Made by a program: the position numbers and the translations under genes. From positions 3,658,001-3,722,000 of the forward strand of contig JBHGNT010000008.1 of the NCBI GenBank assembly GCA_043228905.1: a stretch of DNA of 64,000 nt. The letters are read 5' to 3'. Within the stretch, counting starts at the first letter, position 1. Each line of letters begins with the position of its first letter. The notes under the pieces were generated by a model. The model was given only the letters and a program-made list of their open reading frames with translations. It ran no database searches and was not told where the DNA came from. Source of the DNA: Azolla caroliniana. Its lineage: Eukaryota > Plantae > Polypodiophyta. Positions 37,906 through 48,831 of this stretch are shown here, in pieces.

Positions 37906-38030
37906 TATTTATAGGCCCTTATGGAGTATTCTAGAATGTTCTAGAATATTTTAGATATTTATGAATAATAATAATAATAAATATAATCATGAAATATTCA
38001 AGAACATTCTAGAATAATCTAGAATGTTCT
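37906..38030 (-). promoter_or_regulatory. LTR promoter: TATA box (TATAAATA, 37906-37913) with two heat-shock-element arrays (37928-37947, 37996-38030); duplicated in the 3' LTR (32520-32644)
   Basis: aTTCtaGAAtgTTCtaGAAt and aTTCaaGAAcaTTCtaGAAtaaTCtaGAAtgTTCt fit alternating nGAAn/nTTCn pentamers. Confidence 0.78.
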
Positions 38031-38082
38031 AAATATCTCGTAATAACTAAACATATAATTATTATGATTACATCTCACATAT

Positions 38083-38148
38083 GTTATTACAATGGTTAAA
38101 GTACAATATGTAAACCAAGAGGTTATGGGTTCGATTCCTGGTTCGCCA
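38083..38148 (+). other. Degenerate tRNA/SINE-like segment in LTR U3 with Pol III B box (also 32697-32762)
   Basis: TACAATGGTTAA (weak A box/D-loop-like), GGTTCGATTCC (canonical B box, 38128-38138), ending in CGCCA. Cloverleaf stems are poor. Confidence 0.5.
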
Positions 38149-40313
38149 AGATGAATGTCATGATAAGCCAAGATGTATGTCTTCATGACAGGATGCAGAT
38201 GGATTTACAAAGTGAAGTACAACGCCGACGGTTCTGTCAACCGCTACAAAGTGAAACTCGTAGCGAAAGGCTATGCACAAACGCACGGAGTTGACTATGA
38301 AGAGACCTTTGCCTCGGTGGCAAAGATGACGACGGTATGAACTGTAATTGCGCTTGCTGCTGTGAAAGGGTGGCACCTCCATCAAATGGACGTCAAGAAC
38401 GCCTTTCTACAAGGCGAATTAGAAGAGGTGTACATGATCCAACCACCCAGCTTGAACTCGAGCACCCATCCGAAAGCTGTTTGCCGATTCAAGAAGCCAC
38501 TCTACGGCCTCAAGCAAGCACCGTGTGCTTGGCATTTGAAGATAATGCAATATCTTCATCAAATCGGCTTCTGTATGTCAAAATCGGACAACTCCCTCTA
38601 CATACGAAGCGATTCCGCAAGTCCGATCGTCATCATCTTATATGTGGATGACCTAGTCATTGGAGGTGCGCATCTCGTCGAAATCAATAAGGTCAAATCC
38701 CTCCTTTCCGACAAGTTCGAGATGATGGACATGAAGGAACTCCACTACTTCCTCGGCATCGAGGTAATTCGGACTCCGACCGGAATCATGATTTCTCAAC
38801 GGCACTACATCCTCAACTTGTTATACAAGTTTGGTATGGCTAAGTGCAAATCCGTAGCAACCCCACTCGATCGCAATCTCAAACTAGATGCGAACTCTGG
38901 CAGCAAAGCGTGTGAGCCGTCTCAGTATCGGCAACTCATCGGGAGTCTCATCTACCTCACGATCACTCGACCCGATCTCAGTTATCCGGTCGGTCTCCTT
39001 AGTCAATTCATGCAAACACCGCGTGATACTCACTTGGATTGCGCTAAGCGAGTTCTACGGTACGTGAGCGGCACAATGGATTGCGGCATCCTCTACAAGA
39101 CCGCGATGCCAATATGCCTCGAGGGGTACACAGACGCCGATTGGGCTGGCTACAAAGCCGATAGAAGATCAACCTCCGGATTTGTTTTCTCCCTCGGCAG
39201 CGGAGCAATATCCTGGAGTAATAAGAAGTAGTCTACCGTCGCTCTTTCAAGTACGGAGGCGGAATACAGGGGCGTAGCCGTAGCTGCGTGTGAAGCCGTA
39301 TGGCTCAAGAGGATTTTGAATGATCTGGGCGTACCCATCAAGGATCTGACTTCCCTTTACTGCGACAACATGAGCAATATCTATTTGGCTCGGAACCCGG
39401 TGTTCCACGTGCGGACAAAGCACATCGACGTGCACTATCACTTCATCCGAGAGTGCGTTCTAGTTGGCGATGTCGACCTACAACACATTAGCACAAATCT
39501 TCAAACGACCGACATCTTCACTAAAGACTTAGGAGCCTACAAGTTGTGGCAATTCATGACCGATCTCGGATTGACGATCCTTGACCTGCCAAGCTTGAGG
39601 GGGAGTACTAAAGACATTACGCAATAACGCATGGATTCTACAGGCCGCACACACTACGCAAGAACATGTGGATTACGTAACCACGCAATGAAGCCGCGAA
39701 GAGCCGATCTACCGCGCAAAGCCGCGAAGAAATACGCAAGCTGAAGCACAGACTTCGCAACTACGCACAACGCAAGCTGGAGCACGAATTCCGTAACTCC
39801 GCATAAATGCGAGTCGACACGAGTCGACGCAGACTCCAGAACGTGAGTTGAAGCGGATTTCGGATACCGTCTGAAACCGACCTGACTTGAGCTTGAGGGG
39901 GCGTGTTAAGAATCAAGCTCAACTTGGTCTAGTGTGCGAACTCACCTTGAGAGTGAATAGACACTCCAACGGTCAAGAGTCACCATTATGTCACCTCTTT
40001 GTATTCTAGCATTTAGTATGAGTCATAGAATCATATTCTATGACACATAACTTATGAGCTTTCACATTCCCCATGCTCCATGAGTCTTGTAGTTAATGAA
40101 GAGAGAGGGTGACTATATAAAGCACTCTCCTCTCACCTTGTATCATGTTGAGTCTTTCTCCTTTGTTAATATACTTTTACCTTGCGTATTCTCTGTGTCT
40201 TATTCCTTGTCTCTCTCACTCACTCACACACACACTCTCTCTCTCATACACACACATAACTCATATATCTCTTCCGCTTCACAAGAATCCATCTCTTGAT
40301 TCTTTACAATTAT

Positions 40314-41660
40314 CAATAATTCCTTGTTGATCGCTAAAGAACATGTCCCACCATGAGGTATCCTGTGGTCCAACATACTTCTTTGCATTATCAATATGCT
40401 TCCTTTTGTCCTATAAGGCTTGCATCCAGAAGTTCCTTTGTTCATCTACCAAGTCACTGTGCATTTCTTTTTTAGTCTCAATTGCCATTTGTTTTGCACC
40501 ATAAACGGTAGTCGATGGCATATGAAGCAAGAACTGGCAATCACCTTATGGCTCCCATTGTGGGGAAGATGAATATTGCTTTGCATTCAACAACGTACAA
40601 CCACTTATATCATTTTTCTTTATCAAGAATATGTGATTGAAGCTAATATTGTTCAATAGGGCTAACACTTTCACATTCCCCTCCCTGCCATTTATTGTGT
40701 ATTTCTTAAAGTCATATATCTCCTTTAAGTGGATCACATTCAGACTTGGCGTATATGCATCACAAATGACGTCAAATAACTTTGGTAATGTGAAAGCATC
40801 ATATCGAGACAATTGCTTGGAGAATGTACTGAACATTTGATCAACATGGTCATGTGTGTGACCTACTAGAAGGAAGTTAACTTTCACTTTCCTAAACACA
40901 CCCAGTTTTACCAACATACTCAAATATCCAAAGATAGTTGAATTCTTGTTCTCCCTAGTAGTGTTGTCCAATTGAATGTAGAGAACAGGGAGCAATTATC
41001 TAAAAGATGCAACCTACAGGTAGTTGGCATTACTTCACAGTTAAGCTTGAAGTAGTTCTTCATCCAACCGATTGGATTTCTTCTAGATGCACCCTTCATA
41101 CTTGGAACATCGCCGCCATCGATACTAAGATCACCGTTGAGAACTTGCTATGTAATCTCAAGTTGCTAACGCATAACGAAATCTTGAATGCAACTCTACA
41201 ACATTATAGTCCATAGAAGATATAATACTCAAATGAGATCTTGATGTTTGACAATATGTCCTTCACCATCTGCATGTGTGTCATAAGATAAGAGTTTTGC
41301 TCATCACCAGTGAGTGAGAAATAGTATCTCCTTAATGACCCCAACTTATCCTTTCCAAAAGCAGACATGCAACTACGTGCACAAACAGTCTTTGCTGACA
41401 TCAACTTTGAGTTGGTTCTCAGATGTCACGAGGGCAAACCTATCTCGGCTGTTTCGACGTGGAACCCTCTCCTAAAATGCATAGGGATTGCCAATTGAAT
41501 CTCCTCTACACATACATTTGTTGCCTCATTTCGTTCGTTTACTTTCCGTCTACGCACCACCCGCAACACTTGTGGTAGCTTGAATGTCATTCTCTTCATT
41601 CCTTAAATCCTCATTGTAGTCGTACTCATCAATCGAGAACTCATGACTTATGGCGATAGT
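40314..41660 (-). mobile_element. Decayed DNA-transposon transposase, Sola-like (DUF7869-type)
   Basis: LYIQLDNTTRENKN...FLLVGHTHDHVDQMFS motif in ORF 40546-40995 and a Cys-containing upstream fragment at 41204-41404. The superfamily assignment is from memory of the motif. Confidence 0.6.
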
Positions 41661-41699
41661 TGGTGGTGTCCATATACATATAAATATAAAAATATCTAT

Positions 41700-41723
41700 T
41701 TAATATATATATATACATATACA

Positions 41724-41765
<42 letters not shown>

Positions 41766-41766
41766 A
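41700..41766. repeat. (TA)n microsatellite
   Basis: Directly visible. Confidence 0.9.
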
Positions 41767-41835
41767 ATATTAACGTTATAACTATATGTAAATATAAGTT
41801 TATAAGTATGTAAGTATAAAACTAAGTATACGACT

Positions 41836-43665
41836 CTTGAACAGTCATTGCAGGATACTTCTACTCGACTTTCTCATTCATCAGAAGTGCAGGTGCAGTC
41901 TTTTAAGCCCAAACAATGTTTATGAAAGGTCTAGAATCCAAACAGATGCATGCATACATCTCTAAATTTTTTATCTGATTGCTTTAGATTTGTAGTTCCT
42001 TTGCATAATTTGTATTCATTTTGTATAATTCAAAAGGAATCTGGGCGGATTAGCAAAGAAACGTTGCCCGACATTGTGCAAGGGCATTTTTCTTATCCAT
42101 CAAACCCTTTCCATCGCTAACTTCTGTTATTCATGTCAGAGAAATTGCTGAAGTAGTTTATGTTTGTAAACAGAACCAAATCAACGCAAATTTGTCAGAA
42201 GCTAAAAGAGTAGTTTTGGCAATCGGTTTTTGTTAACTTTCCCAATCGTGTTTTTCAGATTCATCCACTAGAATCAATTTGACAAATTCTTGTAGATTCA
42301 TGACGATAAAAATATCTGTGGATTCATGTCTGTTTTTCTTTATGGAACCATGAGGGTCTACTCAGTTAGAGAACTATGTGAGACTGAGGTTTCTCTTACA
42401 TATACATGTGCAATGTCCATTAGTATCTGCACATTCAGATTCATCCCCTAGAATCAAATTGACAAATTATGGAACAGGGTCTACAACAGTTTCACCCCTG
42501 CATGAAGATGAGTATTTCGTTAGTGAAGGTTGTCCTGGAGTATGGCTTCTTTTTTGATTCAATGGATGTTTCTTTTGTGCTCTTTTCTTGTTCTTGCTTC
42601 CTGTGTTTTAATTCTGTATTAACCCCATTGAAAACCTAACAGAGTTCTCCGAAAAGCAATCAAGCTCAGGATCACCCTCGCAAAATTCTGCAACGTATTC
42701 ACCTAGATGGCATTCTACAAGGGACATTACTCGTTCATTACCATCTTCTCAATCTACGATCCAAAATTCAACAGTGACAAGTTCACCACCTAACACTGGT
42801 ATATTTTAGAGCTCAAAAGAGCTCTGTCTTTTCAAACAGGATGTCCTTAATGAGTCATTCATGAGGAACTCAACCTAAAACAGCCTCCTCGAAATTTTCA
42901 TTGATCTGTGAACTTTTTTGGGGCGATCTTCTTGATCTAGATCCTTAAGTTGCACTTATGGGCATGCATTTAGAAATATCCTGATGAGGATTAGCTTTAG
43001 AATATGATCATTAAATTGGAAAATGCTTTATAAATCACCTCTCAATTTGAAGAGTTAATATGAAAGTGCTACCTACATGTATTTACATGCACAGCTTTGC
43101 CCATGCGATATCAACCCCTCAATCCAAAAACCGCATTAAAGTTTGAAAACACTTAAATCCTAATGCAGACATGTATCATTTTCATATGATGGTTTGAAGT
43201 TAGATACTTTCTTTTCCATTGGCTTCAGCCATTCCAGAAGACATGCCACAGATTGATGGAAAACAGTTCTTCCGGCAAGCCAGGTGAGAAAACATGCTTA
43301 CTCTTTTCCCTACTCATACATGCATGACATAAAGAAAAAACTATATTGTTAGGTTATATGCCCTTACCATGTGAATGGATCTCTGATGCAGGATCCAGTT
43401 ATCATATGAACAATTTAAAGCATTTCTGAGTGTAATCAGAGAGCTTAATGCTCATCTCAAGACCAAAGAGGTGTCCATCTGTCCTATAGATGAAAGTTTC
43501 TCTCTTTATCTTTGCTTGATTGATACATATGCTTATTAGTTGGCATAATTATTCCCCGGATTTAAATGGGAAATAGGAGACATTGCGGAAAGTTGATGAG
43601 ATTTTTGGACCCAACAACAAAGATCGGTTTTCTATGTTTCAAGCTCTTCTTGGTCTTCGTGGTGT
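41836..43665 (+). pseudogene. Copy B of the At4g15545-like gene (exon-1 tail, partial intron 1, exons 5-9)
   Basis: Homology to 22477 onward. Exons 2-4 are deleted near 42255, the exon-5 acceptor is CAG>CAC, and the stop codon is lost at the junction with copy C. Confidence 0.85.
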
Positions 43666-46600
43666 TCAGCAAAACCATGATGATGAAACTGAGATAAAAT
43701 GTTCTATGAACTTCTCCTGGTTATTTCGTGTGCAGCAAAACCATGATAATGAAAAGCCTTTAGGATTCTCTTTGGACTCCACAGGTAAGAACTCTTCTCA
43801 ATCCAAACAAATCTCTGTAGATTCATGTCTGTTTTTCTTTATGGAACCATGAGGGTCCACTTAGTTAGAGAACTATGTGAGACTGAGGTTTCTCTTACAT
43901 ATACATGTGGAATGTCCATTAGTATCTGTAGATTCAGATTCATCCACTAGAATCAAATTGACAAATTCTTGTAGATTCATGACGATAAAAATCTCTGTGG
44001 ATTCATGTCTGTTTTTCCTTATGGAACCATGAGGGTCTACTTAGTTAAAGTACTATGTGAGACTGAGGCTTCTCGTACATATACATGTGCAATGTCCACT
44101 AGTATCTGCACATTCAGATTCATCCACTAGAATCAAATTGACAAATTATGGATTAGGGTCTACAACAGTTTCACCCCTGCATGAAGATGAGTATTTCGCT
44201 AACGAAGATTGTCCTGCACTAGGTTTTTTTTTTGATTCAATGGATGTTTCTTTTGTGCTCTTTTCTTGTTCTTGCTTTCTAAGTTTTAATTCTGTATTAA
44301 CCCCATTGCAATCCTAACAGAGCTCCTGAAAAAGCAATCAAGCACAGGATCACCCTCGCAAAACTCTGCATCGGATTCACCTAGATGGCATTCTACAAGT
44401 AACATTACTCGTTCATTACCATCTTCTCAATCGACGAGCCTAAATTCAACAGTGACAAGTTCACCACCTAAAACTGGTATATTTTGGACCTTTAAAAGAG
44501 CTATGTCTTTTCAAACAGGATATCCTTAATGAGTCATTCATGAGGAACTCAACCTGAAACAGCCTCCTCGGAATTTTCATTGATCTGTGAACTTTTAGGA
44601 GGCTATCCTGTTGATCTAGATCCTTATGTTGCACTTATGGCCATCCATTTAGACAAATCCTGATGAGGATTAGCATTAGAATATGATCATTAAATTTGAA
44701 AATGCTTTATAAATCTCCCGTCAATTTGAACAGTTCATAAGAAAGTGCTACCTGCATGTATTTATAAGCACAGCTTTGCTCATAATTTATCGAGATGCAA
44801 CCCCTCAATCCAAAAACCCTATTTAAGTTCCAAGACACTTAAATCCTAATGCAGACATATATCATTTTCATATGATGGTTTGAAGTTAGATACTTTCTTT
44901 TCCATTGGCTTTAGCCATTCCAGGAGACATGCCATGCATTGATGGAAAACAGTTCTTCCGGCAAGCCAGGTGAGAGAACATGCTTACTCTTTTCCCTACT
45001 CATACATGCATGACATAAAAAAAAAACTATATTGTTAGGTTGTATGCCCTTACCATGTGAATGGATGTCTGATGCAGGATCCAGTTATCATATGATCAAT
45101 TTAATGCATTTCTGAGCATCATCAAAGAACTTATGCTCATCGCAAGACCAAAGAGGTGTGCATTTGGCCTATACATGAAATTTTCTCTCTTTATCTTTGC
45201 TTGATTGATACATATGCTTATTTTTTGGCATAATTGTTCCGTTGATTTAAATGGGAAATAGGAGATATTGCGGAAAGCTGATGAGATTTTTGGACCCAAC
45301 AACAAAGATCTGTTTTGTATGTTTGAAGCTCTTCTTGGTCATCGTGGCGTAATATGAAGAGTTATTCAAAATAGAGCTTGGCTTCAGAACTGCTGAAATA
45401 TCTCATCGTTATCACTGTGTTCGATTATATGCCCAGTTCGGTCCACTGATCCTCTTCTATCCTGAAATTTATTCATTAGCTCATGGAATATAATCTGGCA
45501 TTCATTTCTGAATTCTCGCTGTAAATTTGATTAATTTATAACCTCATTTCATTTCATAATGTTGTGATCCTAAACATGTTCTGAATTCTCTATGTAAAAC
45601 ATCATCCAATTCATTCATTATCCATATACATATATATGATTCATTGAATAATCTATCTTTGGGTTATAAGTTAATATAACACAACTTGTATTGCATGTGT
45701 TAATCTTGCTAAAATAAGATGAAAACTAAATACCTTGTATTGTCGTATAATCTTGTGAGTGAACTAATGGTCCTAAATCTTGAGTATTTAGGACTTCCGT
45801 TCGGGTTAATGTTTAAACTTTTAATTCATTTTCAATTGATAATGGAGTTCCTCCATTGGTAGAGATCATTATTACAATCATGATTGCGGCTTTGATTTCG
45901 CAGAGACATGAAGTTAACTTGTAAGTGACGAACTATACAATGGATGAATCCAAAAGCAATCCATCTTTTATTGTGTAATGTTGTGATTCATTTTATGTAC
46001 ATCAATGTTTTGTATAAGACTCGGTGTATTATAGTTCTTAGATTAATCATGTATTGTGCAAAACAAGCATATCCTAAATTAAAGCTCATGTAGCATATTG
46101 AATGAGGATCTTCTCCTAAAGCTCATATTGCGGAATTTTTTACGTCAATAAGAAGTCATTGATTGGTAAGATCCAATTCTAGGGTAGGAGTTAATTTGCA
46201 TGGAATCTATAGTAATTTCATGAGTGTGTCAAGCCTTGAAGTTACAATACTCTTGATTCATTGAGCACTAGCTCACCATATAGGAACTTTGGCAATTGAA
46301 GCAATTCAGTTTTGGCCATGGAGGTACACTGATAGTGCACCTCCATGGAGTGTGTTTTGGGTACATGCCATCATCCACCAGCTCCATAAAGTGGGCTCCA
46401 TAAAGTGGGATTCCACCTCTTCATGATGTTTCTACTAATACTCATCTTTTCTTTTGTCTTCAATGTAAGCTTGGCTCCCTTTTTCTCCATTCAAGCCTAA
46501 GCATGAATGTAAGACCTATGATGTAAGTATAAAATGAGAGTAACTAATCTCATTGGGGAGAAAGGAGTATCTTTGTTGGAATGTTGTTGAGACACAAATG

Positions 46601-46945
46601 GTGCCACCAAGCTCTTCCTAACAATATTTAACAACAGTTTTGTGGTTACTTGTGTAGTGTTCAATTCGATCATAAGAATCCCATTGCACGACAAAATTCG
46701 AGATCATCTTACTCATCTAGGTGGACTTGCAGCCATTGATATTCCCTAATCTAAATGACAATTAAGGTGTTTGTTACATCTATAATACCAAGTTGGCCAC
46801 TAATTAGATTTTGTAACATATTATAGGTGTTACGGCCTAGAACAAGATGGAATGGAAGAATAGCATAAGGAAAGAAGAAAGAAATAAGTGGAGAATGTAA
46901 TCATCTTAACAAGAAGAACAATATTACAAGAATATGTCAAAATAA
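43666..46945 (+). pseudogene. Copy C of the At4g15545-like gene (exons 4-9) plus ~1.6 kb of duplicated 3' flank
   Basis: Homology to ~23900-26965. Internal duplication of intron 4/exon 5, and a 1-nt deletion in exon 8 (gaacttatgctc vs gaacttaatgctc). Confidence 0.85.
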
Positions 46946-48831
46946 TATACATGTTGTGGGTCTAATCTACTCGTGTCATCCAACTATTTATTTGTACTAT
47001 TGGATTTCTGTCCCTGTGTTAAGTGCAAGTCTTAGGGCCGGCAACTTTTCGTACTTGATCGGCTTGTGACACCCTTGTGTTTCCATTCCTACATAACCAC
47101 GATTCCTTGACCCGATTACCCTAAGAGTAATCGAAGGTGTTATCTCCGAAGAAGAGATAACACAATTTGGCACGCCCGGTTCACGTTGTGAAGCACAACG
47201 AACAGTGTAGGAGGAACAACCCCCGTCGCTAGTTCGGTGCCCCCTCGCACCAAGCGTTCTCGGCTACCATCTAGCTACGCCGAGCCCGCCGAGGAAAATT
47301 TTGACTTAGTGCTCACGCAACAATCATCGCTAGAGCCAGTAGAGTCGTCTCCCTCTCTGTTAATTGCACTAGACACCCAATCAAACTTGGGCCTTGACCT
47401 ATTGCGCCTCCAAGCCCTCCCGAAGTTACCCAAACCGAGTGTAACCCATTTCCGGCGTTACCAGAAGACCCAGACTTCGACACCATGCCCTATCCATATC
47501 CCCGTTATACAGATGGCCCTGATGCGGAATCCCACATCCATTCTTTTGTGTCAACTTAGCAAGCCAACCATTCTACGCAGCATCTCACCGTTGCAGAGGT
47601 TGATGCGTCCAAAATTGCAGAATTCACATTGTCCCTCGATGGACCCGTTGCTCGATGGTATTCCCGTTGCGATCTTGGGGAATTTGTTACGTTTTAGGAC
47701 ATTCACACTCAATTCCTCGAACTTTTTTACTACGAGATACCTAAGCGGGAACTGCTCCGCTAGTTCTACGCTATAATACAAGAACCGCATTAGACGGTTT
47801 CTCAGTTCACAATCCGATTCTAGGATCTCTATCGGCAGCTCGCTCAAGATGTGTTCGCAAATAATTTAAAAGACGCGTTCCTTGCCGGCCTCCGGGAGCC
47901 CCTCCGAACAACTCTCACCTTGATAGATTTTTCCCAATAGACCATTGAGCAAGTGGTCGCTTGTGTCCTCGCAATGGATAGAGCCCAACATAGTACTTCT
48001 TTTTTGATGGGCTCACTCCAACACGCCTTGCCGACCCATGAAGAAACCCAGTTTCGGGAGGCTCTCCAATGCACAACGTGCACAAAATCCGGCCACTCGG
48101 CCGTGGATTGTCCTCTCCGCCCACACTGCCCGATCTACCATTCTCGGGTGCATACGGTCGAATAATGTGAGTACAATATGCTTAATCGTACAACCTTTGG
48201 TTCTGTACAACAGATTGAGCCATACCACGATCGCCCTCAATAGGATGATCGTTCCTCACCTCGGAATAGGGACGCCGAACAACCTTGGTACTGACCCAAG
48301 CAGGATTGCTATCGCTAGGATAACCAGTACTGACTTGAGGAGCCGTGTTATTGGCTAGATAATCGATCTTGACCCGAGGATGACCGCTACCAACATCGTG
48401 ACGACCGCTATCGCCTTGACGACGACTATTACTACTACAATTACGACCGGGAAGACTACTTATGAACCAAGGTATTAACAGTATGATCGGCGACTCCCTA
48501 TTAAAATTGCGGTTCCCCGCCCTCAGACAATCGACGACCCTCAGACAATCAACGTTGCGACCCTTCGCGCCTCGATAACTGACGACCCCCCCCCCCCTCC
48601 TCCCCCCCCAAAAAAACCAGAGCATTACACCACTCAGTGCCCGACAAATGATCGCTAAAAAGCCCCTGCAGTAAATATCATTATGGTGGACATCCAACAA
48701 GTCATCACCCGGAGTAAGGCTCAAAAAACCCAATGGGATATACAAGACGAAGTTTAGCAAGCCGCCAAGCAATGGATAGAGATAGCCAATGTTGCCAACA
48801 CCGAGAGAATGCATACCGAGATGAAGGATAT

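Larger units (their letters stand above)
32255..38190 (-). mobile_element. Apparently intact Ty3/Gypsy chromovirus (Tf1/sushi- or Tcn1-like) LTR retrotransposon
   Basis: 550-bp LTRs at 37641-38190 (5') and 32255-32804 (3'), TG..CA termini, only one difference noticed. TSD GGATG, polypurine tract AAAAGGGGGGATAA at 32805-32818 (minus), open gag and pol. Confidence 0.96.
30392..40308 (+). mobile_element. Ty1/Copia LTR retrotransposon (Copia-1), decayed, integrase deleted, interrupted by a Gypsy element
   Basis: LTRs 30392-30792 and 39904-40308, TSD ATTAT, tRNA-Met primer site TGGTATCAGAG at 30793, polypurine tract before 39904. Broken gag, protease WFVDSGAS, RT (LYVDD) and RNase H (YTDADWAG). 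Confidence 0.92.

Noticed and set aside
38083-38148. Functional tRNA gene
   Set aside because: Acceptor, anticodon and T stems do not pair convincingly; kept only as a tRNA-like segment.
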